A stretch of 64,000 nt of DNA from a virus, in the IMG/VR virus record IMGVR_UViG_3300046005_001038, positions 15,833 through 79,832 of that record, one strand, 5' to 3'. The notes under the pieces were generated by a model. It did not search any database. It had not been told where the DNA came from and worked only from the letters and a program-made list of their open reading frames with translations. The translations under genes and the position numbers were made by a program. Below, piece after piece: positions 28,049-36,455 of the stretch (positions are counted from its first letter, which is position 1; every line of letters begins with the position of its first letter).

Positions 28049-28059
28049 CTTTAAATTCC

Positions 28060-28770
28060 TTATTTATCGGTTTCTGATTGTTTATTGTAATGCTCTAAAA
28101 ATACCCTATCTAACATCTTAATAACTCGTGTTTCATAAGGTGATAATTTATTCCCTGTCAATGTACACCATGCCACAATTTCTGTGTAACTAATCGCATT
28201 TACACCCATACCTGATTGTCGTGTTGAATTCAAATCTAGGATAAATTCCCACAAATATACGACGCAATCTGGTATAGGTTCACATTCTAATTGTGGTGGA
28301 GTAACGCCTGTTTGACGTTTGATAGATTCTAACTGTTCTTTAAGTGTAGAACCGTCTTTTTGTTTGCTAGACAATTCTAATTCATGTTTAGCGAAGTTAA
28401 TCAATCCTTCGACCATTGTGTCCAATTTAGACGATAATTCGTTTGATACGCGAAGAATCTGATGCCTAATGAATGGATTAGTCGAACACAATGTGTGAGC
28501 ATTCTCTTTCGTGAAAGGTTCAGTGATTCCATCCCAACCGACAATTCGACTTGATGCGGCAAGAACTTCGAGTTCCAATTCATTCACAGTAGAATGACCG
28601 TTTTGAAACTCAGCGATACGTTGTGCTAGTATAACCTGTGATTTTAATGTGGTAGATGCTTGTTCTGCATGAGCTGATGTCACAGTGATAAATAAACCTA
28701 TCCCTTTACCTGTCAGTTCAGAGGTAACTTCAAAAACATAAGGTGTTTCGTCGATAGGGAGTATTTTCAT
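28060..28770 (-). CDS. Tail assembly chaperone, G-T-type fusion
   Basis: N-terminal half paralogous to 30544-30939 (RIVGW.GI.E.F, TNP.IR.Q). C-terminal half gpT-like (YLWEF..L..TR..GMG..AISY.EI.AW…LD..F). Confidence 0.8.
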   Translation of the reverse strand: MKILPIDETPYVFEVTSELTGKGIGLFITVTSAHAEQASTTLKSQVILAQRIAEFQNGHSTVNELELEVLAASSRIVGWDGITEPFTKENAHTLCSTNPFIRHQILRVSNELSSKLDTMVEGLINFAKHELELSSKQKDGSTLKEQLESIKRQTGVTPPQLECEPIPDCVVYLWEFILDLNSTRQSGMGVNAISYTEIVAWCTLTGNKLSPYETRVIKMLDRVFLEHYNKQSETDK

Positions 28771-28799
28771 AAGTAATTAGACATGGATTTGGTCTAATT

Positions 28800-28828
28800 A
28801 TTATTTCATAAATGATGGTAAAAGTCAA
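28800..28828 (-). promoter_or_regulatory. Extended -10 promoter for the G-T/tape measure genes
   Basis: TTGACT-17nt(…TGA)-AATAAT. The same TTGAC[AT]…TGAAATAAT design occurs at 41668-41696, 48190-48218, 55555-55583 and 56320-56348. Confidence 0.65.
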
Positions 28829-28878
28829 GTAGTGATGATAAATAAAAACCCGATGGTTTAGGTCGGGTTTTTATTTAT

Positions 28879-29316
28879 TTAGTATCGTAGTAATGCGTAG
28901 TTAAAATCATTTTCATCACAAATAGAATATGTTACATTCTTACGACCAGCTATCTTTAAAACATTTTCATTAGAACAGTAAGTTATCACAAAATAACCAT
29001 CAGAATTACTAACCGTCAAAGTATCCAATGTGCTATTATCAATTTTAAAACCGTTCTCACCTGACCAGCGTTTAAAAAATGTAATCCAAACAGAATCACC
29101 TAAATTTTTTCTTAAATCAGATAAATGCTTTATAAAATATCCAACAGAACATCCTTCGTAAATGTTATTTTCAATAAAATATTTAATTCCGTTTTCAAAT
29201 AATACCTCATCAATCCTACTCTCAATCACACTATCTCCGCCATCAGCCACTTCTTCATCACAAGTAAAGCAACCCATAATCTCATTGCGTAGTTTGATTA
29301 GTTCTTGGTTATTCAT
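28879..29316 (-). CDS. Hypothetical protein
   Basis: AGGAG RBS. Flanked by its own promoter module and a terminator (28843-28872). Confidence 0.6.
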   Translation of the reverse strand: MNNQELIKLRNEIMGCFTCDEEVADGGDSVIESRIDEVLFENGIKYFIENNIYEGCSVGYFIKHLSDLRKNLGDSVWITFFKRWSGENGFKIDNSTLDTLTVSNSDGYFVITYCSNENVLKIAGRKNVTYSICDENDFNYALLRY

Positions 29317-29335
29317 TTCTTTCTCCTAGATAAAT

Positions 29336-29372
29336 AAAAACCTAGCTTATCACAATGATAGGCTAGGTTCAA
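29336..29372 (-). promoter_or_regulatory. Hairpin terminator/promoter module, copy B
   Basis: TTGAACCTAGCCTATCATTGTGATAAGCTAGGTTTTT. Confidence 0.6.
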
Positions 29373-29388
29373 ATGAATTAACAGTTAC

Positions 29389-29568
29389 TTACGAAATCGC
29401 ACCAGTATAAAGAGGTGTATATTCATACAAACAATTATAGTCGCTAATATAACTTAACGGAATTGGATTTTCCGTTGCCAAAAACGATAGAATTTCATTT
29501 TTAATTTCTAAGAATTTTAAAGATTCATCATCGTTTACATATTCAAAATCAGATTTTAATTTAATCAT
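29389..29568 (-). CDS. Hypothetical protein (59 aa)
   Basis: AGGAG RBS and ATG directly after the KilA-N stop. Confidence 0.5.
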   Translation of the reverse strand: MIKLKSDFEYVNDDESLKFLEIKNEILSFLATENPIPLSYISDYNCLYEYTPLYTGAIS

Positions 29569-29569
29569 T

Positions 29570-30316
29570 TTAAGCTCCTAATAAAGTTGGTTGTGATTGA
29601 TTGTCTAATGACAATAGTATTTTATCTTTAAATCGTTTATCAAACAAGCCTTTTAATTTAATTGCTCGTTCAGAATAATCCATCTCAGCATTGATGAATA
29701 CAGCGTTGTGAGATTCGAGAAATTCAAACGCATCTAATTGAACTTTGTTTAATCCATCTCTGATATTAGCGTTACTATCTAAATTTAAGACTTCTTTGTA
29801 TTTCTTAGCTCTCATTCCAAGCACAATAAGATTTAGTAAATCCGCTTCTGTTGTGTACGCAAAGAACGGTGCGACTTTACCTTTTTCTTCGTAGCTAAGT
29901 TTGGTCGCAAAGGTCATGTTTTTGTATTCTTGTTTCACACTACCGCGAATCGCTTTCCATTCAAGCTCAGTTTTCTCTTGCACAACTAAAGTATCGTAAG
30001 CTCTAATTACATGAAGATGAAAAGTAGGGCTAAGCCACATTGCATAAGCATAAACAAGTTCTTTACAAGCATACGTCCCTTGCTTATTTCCGCCGCTAAT
30101 CACGATTAAAGGCTCTATAACTTGTTGATTTATATCCGAAGCTACCATGGTAGCCGCGCTAATTTCAGCAACAAGCTCCTTAGTGCTAGGATTATCTAAC
30201 CAAAATTGAGGACGTTTGTGTGATTTCCCACCAGATGCTTTATGAAGGTCGTTTAGACGGAATCTTAAATTTTCGTCTTGTTTGATTACTACGTTTGAGA
30301 TAACTAAATTAGTCAT
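29570..30316 (-). CDS. KilA-N domain DNA-binding/antirepressor-like protein
   Basis: LNDLHKASGG, P..WL, GTY.CKELVYAYAMWLSP.FHL.VIRAYD. Confidence 0.9.
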   Translation of the reverse strand: MTNLVISNVVIKQDENLRFRLNDLHKASGGKSHKRPQFWLDNPSTKELVAEISAATMVASDINQQVIEPLIVISGGNKQGTYACKELVYAYAMWLSPTFHLHVIRAYDTLVVQEKTELEWKAIRGSVKQEYKNMTFATKLSYEEKGKVAPFFAYTTEADLLNLIVLGMRAKKYKEVLNLDSNANIRDGLNKVQLDAFEFLESHNAVFINAEMDYSERAIKLKGLFDKRFKDKILLSLDNQSQPTLLGA

Positions 30317-30319
30317 TTT

Positions 30320-30460
30320 GAGGTTTCCTTTATGGAGGGCAGTTCTGAAAGAGGGTAACATCGAACCCTAACCGCCCATATTCATAAAAGATATTTTGAT
30401 GTGTTTTATAATGCTTTCAGACATTACGGATATGCTACCATAATTTAATTAGTCTGTCAA
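30320..30460 (-). promoter_or_regulatory. Promoter plus structured leader of the KilA-N gene
   Basis: TTGACA-17-TAGCAT. Hairpin loop UCUGAAAG is complementary to a downstream CUUUCAGA bulge. A stem abuts the RBS. Confidence 0.6.
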
Positions 30461-30543
30461 GCACTTTACACATTCTACACGCAAAGAAAAACCCTGTCAA
30501 TAATTAAATTAACAGGGTTCGTCTTTTTTCTATGGAGATAGAA

Positions 30544-30939
30544 TTACTTTGTGAAGTTACTCATGTTAGAACTCGCAGTCATAACCTGTTCACGGATTGA
30601 CGGATTAGTTTTAACTAATTCAATCGCTAATTCAGGTGAGAAGGCTTCTTCAATACCTGACCAACCAACAATACGTTTTGCTGCTAATTCAATGCCGAAC
30701 ATAATGTCGTCTTCGACTTTCTCAACAGGAGCGTCTTTACCCTTTTTAGTTGCAATACGTTGTGCTTCACGTTTACCGTTTACTGCTTTCGCTACTAAAT
30801 CAGAAATCACTTTACTGTGTTCGCCGATAATATCAATTGTAATACCAGTAACCGCACCAGACTGTTCGTCAATGATGTCCAATTTGTAAGGTGTGTCGCA
30901 TTTTTTTTCTACGTTTAATGAACTTAATGAAATTGCCAT
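30544..30939 (-). CDS. Tail assembly chaperone (gpG-like)
   Basis: Downstream of the tail tube. I.IIGEHS, RIVGWSGI, IREQV…NF. GGAG RBS. Confidence 0.8.
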   Translation of the reverse strand: MAISLSSLNVEKKCDTPYKLDIIDEQSGAVTGITIDIIGEHSKVISDLVAKAVNGKREAQRIATKKGKDAPVEKVEDDIMFGIELAAKRIVGWSGIEEAFSPELAIELVKTNPSIREQVMTASSNMSNFTK

Positions 30940-31067
30940 ATTGTATATCTCCAATAGTTATGTTAAAATTTTATTGCCTAATTGCAATACACGCGATAAT
31001 AGCATAGTGATTGGAAGATGTCAAGTTTTTTGTTGTATTTTATTTTGTTTGGTGATAGGAGTTGAAA

Positions 31068-31910
31068 ATGGAAGAAAGATTACATTGTATCTATATGATT
31101 ACGAGTCCGAATGGTAAAAGTTATGTTGGACAAACGATGAACTTTGAAAAAAGAATGCGGGAACATAATAAAACGACTAGCGGTTGTTTAGCTATCCGAG
31201 ATGCTATTTTAAAATATGGTTTTGAAAATATGAAAGTTGAAATCTTATTGAAGAACTTAACGATTGATGAAGCTAATAAGTATGAAGAATTTTATATTAA
31301 AGAACACGGTACTTTATCTCCAAATGGATATAATCTAAGAGAAGGTGGTTTAAATCATACTTTGTCGGATGAAATTAAGAGAAAGATTGGAGATAAGAAT
31401 AGAGGGAGAATTAAAACGCCTGAACAAATAGAAGCGAATAGGCAGAAATTATTAGGTAGGAAAAGCAGTGATGAAGCTAGATTAAAAATATCAATTGCTT
31501 TAAAAGGTGTACCTAAATCAGAAGAACATAAAGAGAAAACTAGACAATCTCATATTGGAATGAAAGCGAGTGAAGAAGCTAAGAAGAATATGTCTTTAGT
31601 TCATTTAGGAAAACCATTAGCTAAAGAAATAGTAGAGAAATTATCTAAAATAAGAGATGAAAAATTATTCAATAAAGAGTTCCCACACTATTTAGCTAAC
31701 ATTTCTAATTTACCCGACGATACTGAATTTAGCACTAAAGAATTAGCAGATTTGTTAAATCTAACAAAAGGTACTTTAACTAAAAGAGTTATCAGAGGTA
31801 ATTTTCCTAACAGTTACCATACATTCGTTAAAGGAGGTAAAAAGTATTTAATACCGATTAAAGACGTTCATGATTTTTATACAAAAAATAACCTCTCGGT
31901 ATTGAACTAG
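31068..31910 (+). CDS. GIY-YIG homing endonuclease with NUMOD3 repeats and C-terminal HTH
   Basis: CIY…KSYVGQT, PNGYNLREGG, SEEHK/SEEAK repeats, STKELADLLNL. Inserted antisense in the tail operon. Confidence 0.85.
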   Translation: MEERLHCIYMITSPNGKSYVGQTMNFEKRMREHNKTTSGCLAIRDAILKYGFENMKVEILLKNLTIDEANKYEEFYIKEHGTLSPNGYNLREGGLNHTLSDEIKRKIGDKNRGRIKTPEQIEANRQKLLGRKSSDEARLKISIALKGVPKSEEHKEKTRQSHIGMKASEEAKKNMSLVHLGKPLAKEIVEKLSKIRDEKLFNKEFPHYLANISNLPDDTEFSTKELADLLNLTKGTLTKRVIRGNFPNSYHTFVKGGKKYLIPIKDVHDFYTKNNLSVLN

Positions 31911-31921
31911 AGAGGTTATTT
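31886..31921. terminator. Terminator hairpin between converging genes
   Basis: AAATAACCTCTC…GAGAGGTTATTT. Confidence 0.7.
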
Positions 31922-31941
31922 GTGAACAATACGTTTTTAAA

Positions 31942-33690
31942 CTACGCAGTTTGTGAGTATTCTTGAATGCTCAAAGTTGTCGCTTCATACCCTTGTGAAG
32001 AATCCGCCAACAATGCCGTAAAAGGAACTGTCATCACAATAGATTGTGCATCGTCTTTTGATGCACCGCCTGTTTTAATACGAGGAAACACAAACGACAT
32101 GAATGCAGAATTAACTGTGTTTGAAGAAGATTCTGTAAACACAGCAATCAATGTAGCATCTTCTGAGTTCAAGAAAATATCACGGAATACAGTATCTTGG
32201 AAATAAATACTCGCATTACCACTTACGTTTACTTTACCTAATGTTACGTCAGGAGATGTAGTAGAACCAATAACTTTTAGAGTTTCTCCATTACCGTTAA
32301 TTGTGAAATCCAAAGAGGTAATCAAACCAACTTTGTAAATTTGACCACTTGCACCTTTTTTATCTTTAATGTACAAGTTACCTACAGCAGAAGAATATAC
32401 AGCATCAATTGCAGGGTCTAAAGGAACATCACCTGACAATGTTTCCATCATCGATTTATCTTTATCCCATGCACCAGAAGTAGATGTACTTCTATCCCAT
32501 TTCACAGTTTCTGTTGATGGGGTAGTCATCGAAGTCCCCATAACCGTGAAATCTACAGTAGCCAAACCACTTGTTGGTAACTTCACAGCCCCTTGCGTAA
32601 TACGAACACCTTTGAATAATTCAGAATAAGGAGCATCTGTTTGATTTGGTTGTTCATGACTAATATCATAATAATAATGTTCTAATTGGAACGATTTTTT
32701 CTTATGCCCTGACAACGGTACAAATGATTTTTGTCCTAAAACTTGGAATTTAGTACCGATTGCGAGTGAACCACCTACAAACGTAACAGATTCCATTGTG
32801 TTAGCAGCTACTACTGTTAGTGCTTGTGTTGTAATATCTTTAGCAATAACTAACAAAGGTATGTTCGCTACTGATGCACCATTAGCAGTCGCTGTAGAAG
32901 CTCCTACATTAGAAATAGAGAAGATTTCGCCAACTTTAATACCTGCGAATTTATTACTCGCTAAAGTTCCAGCATCTTCAGTACCTACTGTACCTTGGTC
33001 AGCCGAGTTAGGAGTAATAATAGCTACGTTAGCTGTTGCAACGCCTTGTCCTTTAACAGTGTTAGCTGGTGCAACAGCTAGTGTTCCTGCTACAGTTAAA
33101 GCAAATTCTTCAGGCGAATAGAAGTCTTTACGCAATAAAGCTGAGATGAATTCACTATAAGTATAAGACGACAATTCTGCGGATAATGTACCATCAATTG
33201 TCTGTGCGCCAATACGATAGTCAACAATTTGTTGTGAACTGTTTACTTCGTTACTTGAATAGGATTCTTTTTTCAAATCCAAGTTTGAAGATACACGGCG
33301 CAACTTCTTAGGTTTTAATTTTTTACCAGCAGATGTCCATGCTTGAGTTGCTGTAGTTGTTCCGATAACTGGCGCAATAACAATACCTCTATCAAGTTTG
33401 ATGGTTACAGATGTGGTTGTTGTATCAACCAATGTAGTAGTGTAATAAACTTGTGTACTGTTACTAAATACAATTTTAGTACCGATGTTTAAATACGTTG
33501 AAGCTGTACCTGAGCTTAACGTAATTTTAATTTCATCATCACCAATGTTATAAGTACCGCCAGCAGCAGGAGCTGTTACACCTGTAATAGTCGCTGTTGT
33601 TTGCGTTGTAGTCGGTTCTAATTCAACCACACCTAGTGTGGTTTCTGGTACATAAATTAATTGTTTAAAAATATTACTGGCAATAGCCAT
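31942..33690 (-). CDS. Major tail tube protein with inserted domains
   Basis: YVPETTLG, LRRVSS.L.L.K.SY.S.E, G.LSAELS, VSG..SIYF.D, FPRIK. Position after the tail terminator. Confidence 0.85.
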   Translation of the reverse strand: MAIASNIFKQLIYVPETTLGVVELEPTTTQTTATITGVTAPAAGGTYNIGDDEIKITLSSGTASTYLNIGTKIVFSNSTQVYYTTTLVDTTTTSVTIKLDRGIVIAPVIGTTTATQAWTSAGKKLKPKKLRRVSSNLDLKKESYSSNEVNSSQQIVDYRIGAQTIDGTLSAELSSYTYSEFISALLRKDFYSPEEFALTVAGTLAVAPANTVKGQGVATANVAIITPNSADQGTVGTEDAGTLASNKFAGIKVGEIFSISNVGASTATANGASVANIPLLVIAKDITTQALTVVAANTMESVTFVGGSLAIGTKFQVLGQKSFVPLSGHKKKSFQLEHYYYDISHEQPNQTDAPYSELFKGVRITQGAVKLPTSGLATVDFTVMGTSMTTPSTETVKWDRSTSTSGAWDKDKSMMETLSGDVPLDPAIDAVYSSAVGNLYIKDKKGASGQIYKVGLITSLDFTINGNGETLKVIGSTTSPDVTLGKVNVSGNASIYFQDTVFRDIFLNSEDATLIAVFTESSSNTVNSAFMSFVFPRIKTGGASKDDAQSIVMTVPFTALLADSSQGYEATTLSIQEYSQTA

Positions 33691-33715
33691 GTTGAACTCC
33701 TTTTATCTTAATCGA

Positions 33716-34126
33716 TTAAGCAAAAATATCGGCTGTAAAGAATACCCTTACAACCACTACAAATCGGTCCACCTCATTAGGTAAAACGCGAATGTCTGGT
33801 GTTTTATCGCACACAATACGGCGATTATCTTTCATTAAAACAGTTCCACGTTTAAATACTGCGCGGATTTTCTCTGCTTGTGTCATAACAGCTATTGTTC
33901 CGTTACCTAATGGATAACGAAGTGTAACTTGAAAAATTCCTCTTTCTCGATACATACCTGGTGAAAATATCACAGGGTCATCAGGTGTATTCATCATTAA
34001 ATACGCTGATTGATACGGAATACCTGTAACAGGTGTGAACGCTACATTTTCAAATTGTGTTGAAACTTTTGGTGTGAGAGTAGCGAGTTGTGTTTCTAAT
34101 GCAGAACGAATTGATATTTGACTCAT
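33716..34126 (-). CDS. Tail terminator protein
   Basis: IR.ALE..L, FENV.F.P, GIFQV.L.YP.G.G, A..IR..F.RG. Confidence 0.8.
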   Translation of the reverse strand: MSQISIRSALETQLATLTPKVSTQFENVAFTPVTGIPYQSAYLMMNTPDDPVIFSPGMYRERGIFQVTLRYPLGNGTIAVMTQAEKIRAVFKRGTVLMKDNRRIVCDKTPDIRVLPNEVDRFVVVVRVFFTADIFA

Positions 34127-34593
34127 TTCGATACCTGCTTCGCTTTAGCTAAAAATGATGACGTTTGTTGTGTAACTAATCCTGCTACAGCATGAGGTTT
34201 TGATTGTGACTGAGGATTATGAATAGCACTACCGTATTCAATTGCTTTAGCATAAGACACATCATTGGTAAAATAATGTTTCGTGAACAATAGTTTATTT
34301 GACGCAATTTGTTGCTTTAATCTTCTACCTGTTTCACAATCTTTTTGTTGAAATGAATTATCACGAGTATCTTCTAATTCAACGTACACAGGTGAACCAA
34401 TGGAATGTAACCAGTTTGATTTATATTTACCTGGTGTATAATCTTCTGGTTGAAATGACCACATATCAGGCTGTCCTACAGGTGAACGATACATCAATTC
34501 ATCAACCATTAGATTAAGTGTGTTGTCCACAACAACCTTCGCTCTATCATGAACCTTCTTTGTGAAATATCCTTCCAACTGATTCAGATTCAT
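34123..34593 (-). CDS. Tail completion/neck protein (HK97 gp10-like)
   Basis: SPVG, G.YK.NW, N.V.YA..IEYG. Confidence 0.75.
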   Translation of the reverse strand: MNLNQLEGYFTKKVHDRAKVVVDNTLNLMVDELMYRSPVGQPDMWSFQPEDYTPGKYKSNWLHSIGSPVYVELEDTRDNSFQQKDCETGRRLKQQIASNKLLFTKHYFTNDVSYAKAIEYGSAIHNPQSQSKPHAVAGLVTQQTSSFLAKAKQVSK

Positions 34594-34952
34594 TACGCGA
34601 TTCCTCGTAACGCTACTTCAAATAATAAGTTTATTCCTGCTGGATTCGTTTCCGTAACATTCACCACAGTGTAATCTTTACCGTTCACAGTAATAATGTC
34701 GCTATTTTCAATTGTAGAAATTCCTGTTGGTTGAACGAGGAGCTTCTTATCGCCTTTTAAAATCGTTGTACCGTTAATATCTTTTTCACCATAATCAAAT
34801 AACACACCATTTAACACATAAGTTGATTGTGTGTTAGTAACTAAACCTGTATCAACATCATATTCACCGTACATATTTCGAGTTACTGTGATTCTCTGAC
34901 CAAATTCAGTCACAATATCATCTACCGTTAAAGCTAATTCAGACCAGTTCAT
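34593..34952 (-). CDS. Head closure/head-tail adaptor protein
   Basis: EFGQ, G.YD..TG, INGT.I..GDKK, P.G..L. Confidence 0.75.
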   Translation of the reverse strand: MNWSELALTVDDIVTEFGQRITVTRNMYGEYDVDTGLVTNTQSTYVLNGVLFDYGEKDINGTTILKGDKKLLVQPTGISTIENSDIITVNGKDYTVVNVTETNPAGINLLFEVALRGIA

Positions 34953-35494
34953 CGAATCACCTGTGTTGGATTTGATTTAAGATACGGTTTGATGAGTAAA
35001 TCTGCTGTAGGATACGATGCAAATAAATCAGCGCGTCTTGAGTTATAACCGAAGTTAGTTTCTTTTTCAATTGAACCGACTTTAACACGACTACTCATCA
35101 TCGCATCTGACGCAACGTCTTTAATGAGCGTATTTTTACTCGCTCTAATCGCATATTCACAAGTGGCTTTTTTGATTGCGGTAGGAATATCTACACCTAA
35201 AACTAATGTCGGGTCGAGTTCATCGTAAATGAACGTATCAATTGGCAAACCTGATGTAAGTGTAGCTGGAAAGAATAACGATTGTGATAAATTAAATTTA
35301 GTACCTCGTAGTTGACTTCCGAATCGCATTTCAATATAATCTGTCGCAAGAATTAAAGATGCTTTTTTAATATCATCATCTAATACATCCCAAGTCACTG
35401 CGTTCCTATCTTCAAAATAAGACGCTGCGAATGTTAAATCACAATACGAGTTAGCATTCGATAATCCAGTTCCATCTTCTACTACAAATGCCAT
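34949..35494 (-). CDS. Head-tail connector (DnaT-like family)
   Basis: VEDGTG..NANSY, LI.ATDYI, Q.L.FP, IP..IK.AT.E.A, KVG.IE. Confidence 0.8.
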   Translation of the reverse strand: MAFVVEDGTGLSNANSYCDLTFAASYFEDRNAVTWDVLDDDIKKASLILATDYIEMRFGSQLRGTKFNLSQSLFFPATLTSGLPIDTFIYDELDPTLVLGVDIPTAIKKATCEYAIRASKNTLIKDVASDAMMSSRVKVGSIEKETNFGYNSRRADLFASYPTADLLIKPYLKSNPTQVIR

Positions 35495-35562
35495 ATTAAC
35501 TCCAATTTATTTTAATCATATTGTGATTCTTCGATTTTACCATTATTTTTAATCTTTGTCAA

Positions 35563-36135
35563 CTACTTATTGATGTTTTTAATGTAAGAAGCCATATTAT
35601 GCGCGAATAGAATCTGATTACCTTTTAGTGTTATTTTTTTACCGTAATGTCTGTAAGGATACATTGGAATATACGGTGCGTAATCAAATCTATTAACAAC
35701 TCGTAAATGGTTTATTTTTGCTTCTGACAAGACGTTTATGAACTTCTCTGTACCAACTCTAGGACTACCAAAACTTATGACTCTAGCGTTAAATAACGGC
35801 GCTAGAATCAACGCGACTGCTCCGCCTAAACTGTGACCGATAAAGATGACTTCTTTTGACATATCAACTTCATCAATCAGTTTAGATACAATAGCGTTTG
35901 CATATTCATTAAACCCACTTTGAATTCCATCACAAGTGGGTTTAAACGATAAATCGATGAACCAATCCTTTAATTCGTCTGTTCCTCTGAACACAACATA
36001 TTGATTTTTTCTATCTGTCAAAATATATGCTTGACATCCTTCAGCGTCGATGAATCGTGTCGTAAATTCGTTTAAACTCAATTCATCACAATAGGATTTA
36101 TCTGCTAAATGTGCATAGAACAGAAGCTCGTTCAT
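35563..36135 (-). CDS. Lipase, class 3 (alpha/beta hydrolase)
   Basis: VVFRGT, DW..DL, GHSLGGA nucleophile elbow, SFGSPRVG, R.VN..D..P..P, H.M..Y. Confidence 0.9.
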   Translation of the reverse strand: MNELLFYAHLADKSYCDELSLNEFTTRFIDAEGCQAYILTDRKNQYVVFRGTDELKDWFIDLSFKPTCDGIQSGFNEYANAIVSKLIDEVDMSKEVIFIGHSLGGAVALILAPLFNARVISFGSPRVGTEKFINVLSEAKINHLRVVNRFDYAPYIPMYPYRHYGKKITLKGNQILFAHNMASYIKNINK

Positions 36136-36338
36136 TATTGTTTAGTCCACAGACCTGTATTAGTCAGATTTCCATTTAACCATGTAAATGTTTGTTTATA
36201 AGTAAAACCGTTAAAATCAACAAACGTGTCTGTAATTAAATTACCTGAACTATCGTAAGTAAAATTATGCGCTGCTACATATTCTGGGAAAATAATGTTA
36301 TTATCAGAAGCAATAACACCGTAATCTAAATCACTCAT
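36135..36338 (-). CDS. Small beta-rich protein, paralog of the C-terminus of 38486-38800
   Basis: H.F.YDSSGNLI.DT..D….TY.QTFTW.NGNLT….W.KQ is shared by both. AAGGAG RBS. Confidence 0.65.
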   Translation of the reverse strand: MSDLDYGVIASDNNIIFPEYVAAHNFTYDSSGNLITDTFVDFNGFTYKQTFTWLNGNLTNTGLWTKQ

Positions 36339-36455
36339 AATCACTCCTTGTTATTGCAGACGTTAAGCCTTTTGTTATTGGGTTTTGCCAAGCTATTCTT
36401 TTCATAAGTCTTGTCTGCCTGATTGAGTCATCTTAATTTGTTTGTCAGGACGAGG

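Noticed and set aside
36345-36455. c-di-GMP-I riboswitch suggested by GGCAAAAC
   Set aside because: No GNRA-capped P2 stem or other conserved elements.
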